Assembly (NCBI GenBank): GCA_964621445.1
Contig: CAZUNO010000006.1
Coordinates: forward strand, 92,336-156,335
Origin: Candidatus Hadarchaeota archaeon
GTDB taxonomy: Archaea > CAYQAE01 > CAYVLA01
Direction of reading: 5' to 3'
DNA length: 64,000 nucleotides
The position numbers and the translations under genes are program-made. Shown piece by piece: positions 22,183-33,536 of the stretch (the stretch's first letter is position 1; each line of letters opens with the position of its first letter). The notes beneath the pieces are model-generated. The model had not been told where the DNA came from and ran no database searches. It saw nothing but the letters and a program-made list of their open reading frames with translations.

Positions 22183-24378
22183 ATGGGAAAAAGAGAGGAA
22201 ATGATGAACAAGATTGGAGAGCTTATGCGCCAGCGAGAGTATATCCGAAATATCGGAACTGTTGCTCATATAGATCACGGTAAGACAACGCTAAGCGACA
22301 ACCTGATTGCTGGAGCAGGGATGATTTCATCCGAACTGGCCGGAAGCCAGCTCTGGCTGGATTTTGACGAACAGGAACAGGCAAGAGGGATAACCATTGA
22401 CGCTGCAAACGTTTCCATGGTCCATGAATTGGAGGATCAGGAGTACCTGATTAACCTGATAGATACCCCGGGTCACGTTGACTTTGGAGGAGACGTTACC
22501 AGGGCCATGAGGGCCATAGACGGGGCCATAGTGGTGGTCTGTGCCGTTGAGGGCGTGATGCCCCAGACGGAGACGGTGATAAGACAGGCCATGAAGGAGC
22601 GGGTCAAGCCCATACTTTTCATCAATAAGGTCGACCGAATGGTAAAGGAGCTAAAGCTCGATCCCCAGGAGATGCAGAACCGTTTCATAAAGATAATCAC
22701 CAAGGTAAACAAGCTCATCTCGGAGTTCGCGCCTGAGGGGCTTGAGGAAGAATGGAAGGTTAGTGTAAATGATGGAACCGTTTGCTTTGGCTCGGCTACC
22801 GGAAACTGGGCCATCAGCGTGCCCTATATGGAGAGGTCGGGCACCAGTTTCAAGGATATAATAGATGCCTGCCAGAATGACGTCCAGAACGAGCTAGCCG
22901 AAAACGCACCACTTCACGTCGTACTTCTCAACACCGTGGTTAGATTTCTTCCCGATCCTCTAACGGCACAGAAGATGAGGATAGCGCATATCTGGAAGGG
23001 AGATGCCGAAAGCAAGATCGGACAGGACATGATCGAGGCCAATGCCGATGGGACCATGGCCATGGTTGTCACCCGGATACTCGTTGATCGACATGCGGGA
23101 GAGGTAGCCGTGGGCCGAATATTCAGTGGTTCCGTCAAACAGGGCCAGGAGATATGGATATGCGGGGTGAACAAGAAGGCCAGAATTCAGCAGGCAGCAG
23201 TATACCTGGGCCCTGAAAGGGTGAATATGCCCTCTATACCCGCAGGTAACATCCTTGCCCTGACCGGCGTGAAGGATGCAATTGCCGGGGAAACCCTTTC
23301 CGGGGGCGATGGACCCGTAACGCCCTTCGAGGCCATAAAGCACCACTCCGAGCCGGTGGTGACGGTTGCCCTGGAGGCAAAGAATACCCAGGAGCTTCCG
23401 AAGCTCATAGAGGTCCTGAGGCAGATGGCAAAGGAGTACCCGGAGATAAAGGTGGAGATATCGGAGGAAACAGGAGAACACCTGCTTTCCGGACAGGGAG
23501 AGCTGCACCTGGAGGTCCTCATTCACAGAATTAGGACCGATAAAGGAGTGGATGTGGAGACCTCTGAACCCATTGTCATCTACCGGGAGACCATTGGCCA
23601 GAAGGCCGGGCCCATCGAGGGTCGATCTCCAAACAAGCATAACAGGTTCGAGATCGTGGTGGAACCCCTGGAGGCCGGGGTATACCAGGCTATCAAAGAT
23701 GGGGACCTCCCTGAAGGGAGAATCCGCGGCCGATCACATGCCGCCGAGTTCCAGGAGGCAGGGCTGGAGAAGTCCGAGGCCCGCAGGGTCATCGACGTTT
23801 GCGGTGGAAATGTTCTCATAGATTCCACCCGAGGAATCACCTATCTGCCAGAGATAATCGAGCTGGTGATAGAGGCATTCGAGGAGGCAGTTGAAGCTGG
23901 ACCCATGTCCAGGGAGACCGCCATAAGGCTCAAGGTCAAGCTGATGGACGCAAAGATACACGAGGACCCGGTGCACAGGGGACCGGCCCAGGTCATCCCG
24001 GCGGTCAGGAGTGCGATATTTGCCTGTATACTGAGCGCGGGTGCCATATTGATGGAGCCAAAGCAGCTCGTTTACATCAACGTGCCCCAGCAGTTCATGG
24101 GTCAGGCCACGCAGGAGATCCAGAGCCGGCGGGGCCAGATCAGGGATATCGGACAGGATGACAACCAGATCATGATAGAGTCCAAGGCCCCGGTCGCCGA
24201 GCTATTCGGTTTCTCGGGAGCAATAAGGTCAGCCACCGAGGGCAGAGCCCTGTGGACGACGGAGTTCACCGGCTTTGAGAAGGTCCCCGAGAACCTTCAG
24301 GAGGATTTGGTGCGCTCCATAAGGGCCAGGAAGGGCCTAAAGGAGAAGCTACCAACGGTCAGCGATTTCCTGACCTAG
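22183..24378 (+). CDS. fusA: Elongation factor aEF-2
   Basis: [26 protein letters not shown]; diphthamide loop [11 protein letters not shown]. Confidence 0.99.
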   Translation: MGKREEMMNKIGELMRQREYIRNIGTVAHIDHGKTTLSDNLIAGAGMISSELAGSQLWLDFDEQEQARGITIDAANVSMVHELEDQEYLINLIDTPGHVDFGGDVTRAMRAIDGAIVVVCAVEGVMPQTETVIRQAMKERVKPILFINKVDRMVKELKLDPQEMQNRFIKIITKVNKLISEFAPEGLEEEWKVSVNDGTVCFGSATGNWAISVPYMERSGTSFKDIIDACQNDVQNELAENAPLHVVLLNTVVRFLPDPLTAQKMRIAHIWKGDAESKIGQDMIEANADGTMAMVVTRILVDRHAGEVAVGRIFSGSVKQGQEIWICGVNKKARIQQAAVYLGPERVNMPSIPAGNILALTGVKDAIAGETLSGGDGPVTPFEAIKHHSEPVVTVALEAKNTQELPKLIEVLRQMAKEYPEIKVEISEETGEHLLSGQGELHLEVLIHRIRTDKGVDVETSEPIVIYRETIGQKAGPIEGRSPNKHNRFEIVVEPLEAGVYQAIKDGDLPEGRIRGRSHAAEFQEAGLEKSEARRVIDVCGGNVLIDSTRGITYLPEIIELVIEAFEEAVEAGPMSRETAIRLKVKLMDAKIHEDPVHRGPAQVIPAVRSAIFACILSAGAILMEPKQLVYINVPQQFMGQATQEIQSRRGQIRDIGQDDNQIMIESKAPVAELFGFSGAIRSATEGRALWTTEFTGFEKVPENLQEDLVRSIRARKGLKEKLPTVSDFLT

Positions 24379-24614
24379 ACGCCCGTTTGGATAGAGGCGG
24401 GTTAAGGATCACGGTGTAGTTACCCTGACTCTAATCCGCTCTCTTGCGAGTTCATAAACTACGGGAAAAGAGTTATAACCGCTTTGGACCTTGATTGCTT
24501 AAGGTTGTCCTGCTCTAGTTTCGGCCGGGCAACGAAGCAAACTGGTCTATTCCGAGGAACTCCAAATAAGATATTAATAGGAATTGACCCTTTGCAACCA
24601 AGAGAGGTGTGGAA

Positions 24615-25883
24615 ATGCCCGAAAAACCGCATATAAACCTCGTAACGATAGGTCACGTTGACCATGGAAAGTCCACAATGGTCGGTCATCTGATGGTCGA
24701 GCATGGGGACGTACCAGAACAGGTTATCAAGAAATTTGAAGATATGGGCGAGAAAGGAAAGACCTTCAAGTATGCATGGATCATGGACAGGCTCAAAGAG
24801 GAGAGAGAAAGGGGCCTAACCATCGACCTGATGCATCAGAAGTTCGAGTCTAGCAAGAACTTCTTCACGGTCATAGACGCCCCTGGCCACCGGGATTTTG
24901 TCAAGAACATGATCACCGGTGCCAGCCAAGCAGATGCCACTGTTCTGGTCGTTGCTGCCGACGATGGTGTGATGACCCAGACCCGAGAACACGCTGCCCT
25001 GGCCTTTACTCTGGGTGTACAGCAGGTAATCGTGTTGATTAACAAGATGGACAGAGTGGAGTATAAGCAGGATGTGTATGAGGAAGTTAAGGCCGATGTC
25101 AAGAAGCTATTGGCCAGCATAGGCTATGGCCCCAAGGCCGATCAGTTCCCATACATTCCCGCTTCCGCTTTCCACGGCAAGAACCTGACTTCCAGGAGCA
25201 AAGAGATGAAATGGTACAAGGGCCCAATTCTCATGGAGGCCCTGGATACCATTGAACCCCCCAAGAAATCCACGGGGAAGCCCCTTCGTATACCGGTGCA
25301 GGACGTGTACACCATCACTGGTGTGGGAACCGTTCCCGTGGGAAGGGTGGAATCCGGAGTGCTTAAAGTTGGCAGCAAGGTCGTGTTCATGCCCTCAGAT
25401 GTGACTGGAGAGGTCAAGTCCATCGAGGAGCACCATGAGAACATCCCTGAGGCCGAGCCCGGTGACAACATCGGCTTCAACGTGAGGGGATTAGGCCGAG
25501 GAGACATCCACAGAGGTGACGTGGTTGGTACCCCCGATAATCCACCCACCGTTGCCAAGGAGTTCATCGGTAAGGTAGTGGTGTTGGAGTACCCCACAGC
25601 CATCACCGCGGGTTACACCCCGGTGTTCCATTGCCATACCTCGCAGGTCGCAGTGACCTTCATTGAACTGATGCAGACCCTGGATCCCAAGACCGGAGAG
25701 CCCAAGGAGAAGAACCCGGCCACCATCAAGAAGGGAGACGTGGCCATCGTGAAGTTCAAGCCCACCAGGCCTTTGGTAATAGAATCGGCCAGCGATATTC
25801 CAGAGCTGAGCAGGTTCGCCATAAGGGATCAGGGGCAGACCATCGGAGCGGGTGTCTGTACCGAGATAACGGAGAAGGTCTAG
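24615..25883 (+). CDS. tuf: Elongation factor aEF-1alpha
   Basis: [38 protein letters not shown]; ATG 24615 after GAGGTG. Confidence 0.99.
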   Translation: MPEKPHINLVTIGHVDHGKSTMVGHLMVEHGDVPEQVIKKFEDMGEKGKTFKYAWIMDRLKEERERGLTIDLMHQKFESSKNFFTVIDAPGHRDFVKNMITGASQADATVLVVAADDGVMTQTREHAALAFTLGVQQVIVLINKMDRVEYKQDVYEEVKADVKKLLASIGYGPKADQFPYIPASAFHGKNLTSRSKEMKWYKGPILMEALDTIEPPKKSTGKPLRIPVQDVYTITGVGTVPVGRVESGVLKVGSKVVFMPSDVTGEVKSIEEHHENIPEAEPGDNIGFNVRGLGRGDIHRGDVVGTPDNPPTVAKEFIGKVVVLEYPTAITAGYTPVFHCHTSQVAVTFIELMQTLDPKTGEPKEKNPATIKKGDVAIVKFKPTRPLVIESASDIPELSRFAIRDQGQTIGAGVCTEITEKV

Positions 25884-25911
25884 CCTTCTCTTCATTTTTT
25901 GAGGACAGTCG

Positions 25912-26223
25912 ATGCAAAAAGCGAGAATAAAGCTCATAGGTACGGATCCGAGCAAGCTTGATGACGTTTGCTCACAGGTGAAACTCATCGCTGAGAGGAC
26001 CGGCGTCAATATCTCAGGTCCCGTACCGCTGCCGACCCGGGAGCTTAAGATTCCAGTCAGAAAATCCCCCGACGGGAGGGGGACCGCTACTTGGGAAAAC
26101 TGGACGATGAGGGTTCACCGGAGACTCATTGACATCGATGCCGATGAGAGGGTAATGCGGCAGATAATGCGAGTGAGGATGCCTGAAAGCGAGGTAAGCA
26201 TAGAGATAGAGCTACTTGGGTAG
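25912..26223 (+). CDS. rps10: Ribosomal protein S10 (uS10)
   Basis: [25 protein letters not shown]. Confidence 0.98.
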   Translation: MQKARIKLIGTDPSKLDDVCSQVKLIAERTGVNISGPVPLPTRELKIPVRKSPDGRGTATWENWTMRVHRRLIDIDADERVMRQIMRVRMPESEVSIEIELLG

Positions 26224-26274
26224 CACGATTTTTTAGTTGTACGCCCTTTTTTTATCACGGCCATTAGTGGCAAC

Positions 26275-26377
26275 GCCGGGGTGGCAGAGTGGTAATGCGC
26301 TGGACCCCGAGAGGCGGGGCGAACCTTGAGAGCCAGTGTCCCTTCGGGACACGGGGGTTCAAATCCTTCCCCCGGCG
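26275..26377 (+). tRNA. tRNA-Ser(TGA) with 20-nt intron at 30/31 (26304..26323)
   Basis: Removing ACCCCGAGAGGCGGGGCGAA gives CTGGC-CT-TGA-GA-GCCAG; long variable arm TGTCCC-TTC-GGGACA; usual position after S10. Confidence 0.92.
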
Positions 26378-26462
26378 CCTTTTTACCCGTATGATTTATT
26401 GGCGTGTATGGGTATTTTCTCCTAGATCTAGGGAGTAAGTGGGGAGAAAGGGTCGGATATCC

Positions 26463-27217
26463 ATGCACCCAAAGCAAGGGGTTGAAAAAAAGACCATCCC
26501 GGGCGATTATCGCTTGGCCCATTGGTGGGAGAGGGGAATAGCATTCATATTGGATTCTCTTATCGCGTTTTGGATCTTCATGATATTGATTACTCTCCCT
26601 TTCCTTATAATGAATGGGAACTTCCTACACGAGGCCGGTGCATAGTGAGGAACCTCCTCCGGGACGTGGATTACCTTCCAACCATGTATTTCGTCGGCCT
26701 TTGGTCGATGATGTCCGATTCACTTGGAAGGAGAATCGGGGACAGGCTTGCAGGTACAATCGTCGTAAGGCAGAAAGAACGGGACATAGTTGTCTGGCCA
26801 ATAGTAGTATTGATTCTCTCTTATGTATCATTCTCTCCCATTGTCCTAAGCCAATTATTAGGGCTTCAAGAACGTCCCAAGCATGCAAGAATCGAAGTAG
26901 ATGTCCTGTCCTCTCTTCCCATCTTTATAGAGGATGACGATGAGGGATTCTCTGTTGTTCTCCAAATAAAGAATGTCGGAGATGCAGAAGCGGAAAGATG
27001 CATTGTCGATTTCTTGGCGTGTCCCGAATATGTACTACTTCCTTCCGATGAGGATCTGTTTGTTGGTGATATTCGACCAGGGCAGTCCATAAAGACCGCG
27101 TTGGAACTCCGATTGAGATCGAAGCCAGATACAGAATTTGTGGTGGTTATACAGGTCATCTCGGAGGAGAAGGCATCTCGAGGGATCAATATCCCTGTGT
27201 CACTCAGATCAGATTAA
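26463..27217 (+). pseudogene. RDD-family membrane protein with C-terminal Ig/CARDB-like domain, frameshifted near 26640
   Basis: LAHWWERGIAFILD (RDD N-term) and IVRNLLR...RRIGDRLAGTIVV (RDD C-term) lie in different frames; central RDD part missing. Confidence 0.7.
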
Positions 27218-27362
27218 AACCAGGATCTGACATTATCTAATGACTGTTCCTACCCAACCACCCCAAAAGTATTACCCTCAAGAACACTTGAGCGGCAATT
27301 CTATGAATTGGGTTCCCAGGGCGGCTTAACCATTGAATTAGAGATTAAGGTAACCTTTTTGT

Positions 27363-29885
27363 TTGGCATTTATCTGGTTGTTTTTCAGGAGGTCTGGTCG
27401 CATTCCACAATCGGAAGGAGAATTCAATGTCAGGAATGGAAAACGTATAGTAATAATAGTGGGATCTGATGCAACAGGGCTCGAGTCAAGGGCAGCGGAG
27501 ATTTTAGAATCAAGAATCGAAAAACGTAGCAATGTTGAAGTCAGAATCGAGCCTCACACAAAGGCAGAGGATGCCATCGGTTGGGCCGATGTTGTTTTCT
27601 CCGTGGGCAATAATTATATATCGAGTAAATTGATGGAGGATTACGGCGCCCAGCTACCGACCCTACCCAATTCGAACAAGCAACACCCCGAGGGTTTCCT
27701 GGTTAGATCTGGGGTCAACGAAGGTAAACCAGCCATCGTCATTGTCGGGGTTGATGATAGAGGAACAATCTACGGCGTCGGTTATGTACTGAGAGAGATC
27801 GGCTACTACCCCGACCATATAGAGTTACCGAGCTTTGACGTACGGGAGAAACCCGCTTTTTGGCTGCGAGGAAGCGAAGCTACGGGTCCGGGAAGCTCGG
27901 CCAGGAAATTTGGTGATATCCGGCCCCAGACCGAGGAGGAGAGAAGGGAGATATTGGAGGATCTCCTACTTCTCGGCGTGAATATAATGCGTGATGACCC
28001 GGATGTCCTACGTTTATATGGGATGATGGTCTCTACCACGGCTGAGCGTCGAGCGGCAAACGAGATGCTGGGAGGACCGGATGGAAGTCGGAGGGTTAAG
28101 GATGAATGGGCAGCGGACGAGGGTGTGAACAATAAACTGGCCTGCCCCTCGATACCCGAGGCCAGGAAGGCCCTGCTGAAATCCTTCGAGAAGGTTTTCA
28201 GCAAGGGGGTTCACCACGACGTGTTTTTCATAAAGTCCGGGGATCCCGGAGGGTGTCATTGCCCCAAATGCAGGCCTTGGGGCAAGACGTACATGGAGCT
28301 GGTAAGGGAGATCGCTGAGATACTTCATAGATATGATCCTGACTGCAAGGTGATAGCCACCAACCAGGATCTCACCAATGAGGACAATCAGGCGCTATTC
28401 GATTACCTGAACGATCACGATTCGACCTGGTTGTATGCCATATCCTACGGACCCGGCTCAGATGAGATGCAGACCAGGGGCTTCTTCAGAGGACCCGTTA
28501 ACCCCAGGTGGTTCGAATACGAGGGTTTTGGTCGACTGGGCAATTTTGTAAAGCATATGCATCACCAGTTACCGAGAGACACCCATATCTCCCTATTTTC
28601 GGATATCACCCACTGGATGCAGGCCCAGTACGGGATCAAGAAGCCAGATCCGGCCCTTTCCGCGGTCTTCGGCCGCCGCACGTGGAATGCCCGTCCGAAA
28701 AGGCTCCATAGGATAAGCCGGGAAACCTTCCGTTACGCGGTAGGTGAGATGCCCTACAGCGAGGGCATGCATGACGATTTCAACAAGTGGTTCTGGGCTC
28801 GATTGCTCTGGGACCCCGACCAGTCGGCGGAGGAGATAACCAGGGAGTACTGCCGATACTGGTTTGGTGACGATGCCCAGGACGAGATGACCGAGGTCAT
28901 AATGCTAATGGAGCAGACGCTGGAGAACGCCGTACGCGGAAATACCGGAATATCCAAAGCAGTGGAATTGATTCGGTCGGCACGTGAGAAGATCCCCCAA
29001 AATCTGATGGAGCACGATTGGCGGTATCGGATAATAGCCCAGAAGGCACTGATAGATCGCTATATTCAACTGGAGCTCGAAAGAGGGGATGAACTGAAAA
29101 GCAAGGCCCGGGCCCTGATTGAGGACGCTCTAAAATCAGATGATCCTCGGTCCAGGATCGAGGAGGCCTTAGAGATTCTTGAAAGCACTAGGATAACTTC
29201 GCGGATGCGGGAAATAAGGGAGGAGGCCCTGGCTATCGGGGAGGAGTCAAACCAGATAATTGGTTACAGGGTACCCGCGTGCTTCACGGTGGTAAATTGG
29301 GACCTCACCGAGATCGACTGGTGGATAAAGACCTTGAAGGAAGGCCTCTCCACCGGGAACCAAGAGGAGATGGTGAATTCGATCAATATGGTGCTTGAAT
29401 ACGAAAATCCTGGAAAGGGTGGCAGGCACGATCAATTGGGATGGTTCGACAGACCGGAGACCTTGGAATGCAAAGGATTGCGTTGGATGCTCTATCCCTT
29501 CCAGGGCCCGGCCAGGCTTTCCCATTTTGGCCTGGCATACCCCGACCCCGTGAAAAGCGATAGGATCACTCTGGTTTATGATGGTCTGGAAAAGGACGTT
29601 CAGTACAGGCTTAGGGCTCTGGCCAGGGTGCACACCAAGGGATGTAGACCCCACGAGGAAAAGGACGAGGCCGAAGCCTCGATCAGGATCAATGGAAAAA
29701 CGATATGTGATGGTTTGAGGATCAGGGGCGAACTTGAGTTGCATGAGATGGATATACCCAAGGAGCTTACCGAAAATGGAGAGGTAAGAATCCAGTTTGT
29801 AACCGATTCAGGTCCCCCGGCCATGGCAGGGATGTGCGATTTCTGGATAATGGAAAAGGAGAACGTGCCCTGGACCTCCTCCTGA
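27363..29885 (+). CDS. Large glycoside-hydrolase-like protein (GH20/GH67-type N-terminal domain); start uncertain
   Basis: PEGF...IVIVGVDDRGTIYGVG, DPGGCHCPKC, ARLLWDP..AEEITREYC; the SD-associated ATG at 27427 is out of frame. Confidence 0.7.
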   Translation: MAFIWLFFRRSGRIPQSEGEFNVRNGKRIVIIVGSDATGLESRAAEILESRIEKRSNVEVRIEPHTKAEDAIGWADVVFSVGNNYISSKLMEDYGAQLPTLPNSNKQHPEGFLVRSGVNEGKPAIVIVGVDDRGTIYGVGYVLREIGYYPDHIELPSFDVREKPAFWLRGSEATGPGSSARKFGDIRPQTEEERREILEDLLLLGVNIMRDDPDVLRLYGMMVSTTAERRAANEMLGGPDGSRRVKDEWAADEGVNNKLACPSIPEARKALLKSFEKVFSKGVHHDVFFIKSGDPGGCHCPKCRPWGKTYMELVREIAEILHRYDPDCKVIATNQDLTNEDNQALFDYLNDHDSTWLYAISYGPGSDEMQTRGFFRGPVNPRWFEYEGFGRLGNFVKHMHHQLPRDTHISLFSDITHWMQAQYGIKKPDPALSAVFGRRTWNARPKRLHRISRETFRYAVGEMPYSEGMHDDFNKWFWARLLWDPDQSAEEITREYCRYWFGDDAQDEMTEVIMLMEQTLENAVRGNTGISKAVELIRSAREKIPQNLMEHDWRYRIIAQKALIDRYIQLELERGDELKSKARALIEDALKSDDPRSRIEEALEILESTRITSRMREIREEALAIGEESNQIIGYRVPACFTVVNWDLTEIDWWIKTLKEGLSTGNQEEMVNSINMVLEYENPGKGGRHDQLGWFDRPETLECKGLRWMLYPFQGPARLSHFGLAYPDPVKSDRITLVYDGLEKDVQYRLRALARVHTKGCRPHEEKDEAEASIRINGKTICDGLRIRGELELHEMDIPKELTENGEVRIQFVTDSGPPAMAGMCDFWIMEKENVPWTSS

Positions 29886-29944
29886 TTGCCCTGTTCTCCC
29901 TACCCTCGCTTTCCCGGATCAGATCCTACTGTGAATGGATATCC

Positions 29945-31786
29945 TTATCTCACGGTGGAAATGGTGGAGACCTGTCCGTATCTCACCCTGCTACTGGCTA
30001 CGCTGTGCCAGATGTTAACCGTTCTCTCCTCGAATTGCTCGATTTCGGAGATTTCTCCAGAGAGAAAGCCCTCTAGCTTCTTTTCCATATGGCGGAGGCG
30101 GACGAGTTGGCCACCGTAACGGGCCTGGAGGACCTCGAGGCCAAATGGCTTGCGCTCCTCCTGCCATATTTCGGTGTGAGCATCCTTCAATCTCGTCATG
30201 GCCTCCACGAGTCCTGGTATTCCTTCGGATATGGATCGAAGGAGCTCCGTATCTCCTTTGAGGTAGGCCTTCCTTGCTTTATTGTGAAGGTCGGCCTTCA
30301 ATCTGAGGACCTCCGAAAGATCTCTGGCATATTGAAAAAGAGCCCCATCATCCGAGGATGCCTTTGTGGATGAAAACTCGATGTCCTTACCGATCTTTTC
30401 GAAATGCGCTTCCAGGGAGTCGTTTTCATAATGTCTTGCGTAGATGCCGAGTAGAGGGTCATCCCATAGTATTCCCTTGCTGATATTGGCGAAGGACTCT
30501 ATGCTTTCCCGTTCCCTTCCCGGGTAATGATCGAGACGAGAGGGCAGCGAGTAGGTTTCCAGTGGTGTACCGCATATTGCTTGTACCAAATTTGCGGTAT
30601 CCTGGTTTACCAGCTGGGAGTGCCAACAATCCTCGGCGAACTGGCCCAGGGCGGGATAGTTTGAGGCGAATGGAGCCTCGTGCCCGTCATCTCCCCACAT
30701 GGTCATCAGGGCCTCCTGGACACCCTTCGACCTGGAAACCTCCATGAAGCGGGGTGCAGTGGCATCTGCCATGGACTGTGAACCCCAAAGTCGACCCCAG
30801 CTCCAAAGTCCAGGGGCAACTAGGGGATTGAAGCCCATCTCTCGGTACTTGTTTATGGTATCTCTGTAATATTTCTGGTCATGTATTCGATAGGTCCAGA
30901 AAACCATCTTCATGTTCTCGGGCAACCTCTCGGTTTGAGATTGATCGAAGGACTGGGTGCCACTCATACCAATCACTATGTCCCCCCACATCATGGGGTC
31001 CAGGCCCATGCTTTCGCACAGATCGGAGAGCCAGTTCAGATGATCAAGGTATGCCTCCCTGGGGTCGATGGGTTCATTAGGTATGAACGCCCGGCCCGTG
31101 CTCAGTCCCCTGGTCTCGTCTAGTCCCAGATGGATACGCTTGCTTGAATAGGGGGCCACAGCGTTTTCTATGAGCTTCTCAAGCAGGGAGTACGTCTCCT
31201 CGGTCTTTAGATTTAGCACGTTTTCTGTATCTCGTAGGTGGGCGTAATTTGGATGGGAGAGTATCTCTCTAAGGTGGCCTAGCGTTTGAATGCATGGAAA
31301 CATCTCGATACCGAGTTCTCGGGCGTAACGGTCCAGTTCTTCTAGCTCGGAATGGGTGTATTTACCTCTCATATATCCAATTTCAGGATGTTCCTTAACC
31401 TCATAGGTGTCCTCGGTGTATAGGCAGAGGGCGTTATATCCGAAAAGCGCGAGCTTGAGCATGATCTCCTTAATTTTCTCCGGTTTCATCACCGCGTTTC
31501 TGGAGTTGTCAATCATTAAACCCCGGAACTTCATTTCCGGTTCTTCCGAGAGTTCATCCGGCCTCCGGGTTATCCATTGGCCCAGCGATCTCATCAGGTC
31601 GGATTTGGTCCCGTGGCTAATTTTGCAGGTCCCGTTTTCGGCTGATAGATCATAGCCGGGCTTACTCCACTCTTCGGTCACCGTTTTCAATCCTTTCTCG
31701 TGGTTAAAGGCATTGGGATAGGCCTCTACCAGAGCGGTGAAGACCTCGGACTTGGGTAATCTCAACATCTCTTCTTTTCTCGGCAC
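29945..31786 (-). CDS. GH20 beta-N-acetylhexosaminidase
   Basis: FRGLMIDNSRNAV, LYTEDTY, PCIQTLGH, catalytic IHLGLDE, TMWGDDG. Confidence 0.9.
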   Translation of the reverse strand: MPRKEEMLRLPKSEVFTALVEAYPNAFNHEKGLKTVTEEWSKPGYDLSAENGTCKISHGTKSDLMRSLGQWITRRPDELSEEPEMKFRGLMIDNSRNAVMKPEKIKEIMLKLALFGYNALCLYTEDTYEVKEHPEIGYMRGKYTHSELEELDRYARELGIEMFPCIQTLGHLREILSHPNYAHLRDTENVLNLKTEETYSLLEKLIENAVAPYSSKRIHLGLDETRGLSTGRAFIPNEPIDPREAYLDHLNWLSDLCESMGLDPMMWGDIVIGMSGTQSFDQSQTERLPENMKMVFWTYRIHDQKYYRDTINKYREMGFNPLVAPGLWSWGRLWGSQSMADATAPRFMEVSRSKGVQEALMTMWGDDGHEAPFASNYPALGQFAEDCWHSQLVNQDTANLVQAICGTPLETYSLPSRLDHYPGRERESIESFANISKGILWDDPLLGIYARHYENDSLEAHFEKIGKDIEFSSTKASSDDGALFQYARDLSEVLRLKADLHNKARKAYLKGDTELLRSISEGIPGLVEAMTRLKDAHTEIWQEERKPFGLEVLQARYGGQLVRLRHMEKKLEGFLSGEISEIEQFEERTVNIWHSVASSRVRYGQVSTISTVR

Positions 31787-32161
31787 TTATCTCACCTTCC
31801 GGAAAGCATCGTGGTCCAGATTGCTCCCGGCGTCAGATCCTACGGTTATCCAGTTAAGTGTATATCCCGAGTAAAAAGAAGGGGTAGCACTAATATCGGG
31901 AACATATCACGTAATGGTATAAATAAAATTCTCGAGGATCTTATCGTCCATATTCACCATTCTGGTAATCATCGCATTACTGGGCTGCATTGAACCAATC
32001 AGAAAGAAGAGGGAGTAATCAACATAACCGACATGGCGGGCAGGCGGGTTGAGGTGGTTATCGCGAGGCATTTAGGCCATTTTATGGTGACTCCAACCAA
32101 GCGATGTAAGGTTGATGGATTGTGATTTTGGTTAGCGGATAGATCTTTATATGGCCAGATC

Positions 32162-33436
32162 ATGCTTTTGATGGATTTGGTGGAATCCTTGCCACCACTC
32201 AAGTTCTGCATCGTGGCATTTGCTGCCTACCTGTTCATATTGGCATTTGCCGTATCTAATATTTCGGGAGCTAGCAGAATAGAGGTTCTTCTAACTGGAC
32301 AGATAGAGGAATCGATTAATCCACTGCAGAATTGGTTTAAGAGCGAGCCCTTGATTAATTATCATGCCGTTCCATCCAGGGATCTTCGGGACCAGCTGGG
32401 CGGAAACAAGGCCATGAAGAGGTTCATTAGAATCTATTTCCCGCGGAGCTACGAGTTGGTTCGGGGATTTGATTTTATTTTGCTGAACTCGCCGGTCATG
32501 AGCCTTTTTGAGATGAAGCAGATAAAGTGGATGCACGATGCAATAGCCGCTGGTAGCGGTGGGTTAAACACCGCCAGCATCATGAGCCAATACCCGGAGG
32601 TCTACGGTGGCTGGGTAAACTCCGTATTGCAGGAGGCATTTCCCAACGATGCGCCCGGTGTCGCCGAGAAGATGGGCGGGGGAACGAGCAATGTAAAGGC
32701 CTTCAAGATAGAGGTAAACGAGAGGTTCCCGGAACCGGTCCTCACTCCTTTCCTTGACTTGGGGGTGGAGAACTTCGTGGGAGAGGACTCCAGGTTCGTC
32801 ATGCTAAGGCAGGGGGCAATGGCCATCGCATGGCAGGTCGGAAATTTTCCTCGGCGAGAGAATGTGCCCTACATAGCTGCTTGGGAATACGAAAAGGGAC
32901 GAACGCTGACCACTGGGGACTCCTTCGGCCATACTTTCTGGTCCTCGTACCGGGGCACGGAGAGTGACAACATCTACGCTCTTGACATGCTGATCAACAT
33001 CATACTCTACGGTTGCGGCAGGCCACCTGCCGAGAACGTTGAGATAATGCACAGGACGAGAAGGTCCTTCATCGAATACAGGGAGAGAATGGGAATATTG
33101 ATGGCCCTAAAGGATTTCGTTGAAAAGTTCGGCGCCAGCTCCGCAAGGATGGACCAGGAGATTTCAGAAATAGAGGGTCTCTTCCAGGATGCAGCGGAAA
33201 GCTATCTTGACATGGATTTGGTATCCTGCCATGAGAGTATGGAGGAGGTTTGGAAGGCCTGCTCCCGTGCCGAGGCCCTGGCCATTGAGCTGAAGGAAAA
33301 TGCCTTGATGTGGGTGTATCTCATCGAGTGGCTTGCCACCATGTCGGCCATGATGATATCCGGATTTATCGTATGGTCCCTAATGGTACGCAGGAGCCTG
33401 TACCGGGAGACCGGTTCTACCCGTATGGGAGCATGA
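32162..33436 (+). CDS. Secreted/membrane-anchored protein with class-I GATase-like domain
   Basis: N-terminal hydrophobic signal, PYIAAWEYEKGRT motif, helical stalk, C-terminal TM helix plus basic tail. Confidence 0.65.
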   Translation: MLLMDLVESLPPLKFCIVAFAAYLFILAFAVSNISGASRIEVLLTGQIEESINPLQNWFKSEPLINYHAVPSRDLRDQLGGNKAMKRFIRIYFPRSYELVRGFDFILLNSPVMSLFEMKQIKWMHDAIAAGSGGLNTASIMSQYPEVYGGWVNSVLQEAFPNDAPGVAEKMGGGTSNVKAFKIEVNERFPEPVLTPFLDLGVENFVGEDSRFVMLRQGAMAIAWQVGNFPRRENVPYIAAWEYEKGRTLTTGDSFGHTFWSSYRGTESDNIYALDMLINIILYGCGRPPAENVEIMHRTRRSFIEYRERMGILMALKDFVEKFGASSARMDQEISEIEGLFQDAAESYLDMDLVSCHESMEEVWKACSRAEALAIELKENALMWVYLIEWLATMSAMMISGFIVWSLMVRRSLYRETGSTRMGA

Positions 33437-33536
33437 CCCTGCTTTGGAAAAGGGATAAAGGCTCCTGGTCATATTAGAGAAATAATCTCTTTGCTCACGA
33501 AAACAAATACAAATCGATAAGTGGTAATAAGTCCGG

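Noticed and set aside
26275-26377. Possible tRNA-Sec because of length and TGA
   Set aside because: Anticodon is TGA (Ser), not TCA; 7-bp acceptor stem; extra length is an intron
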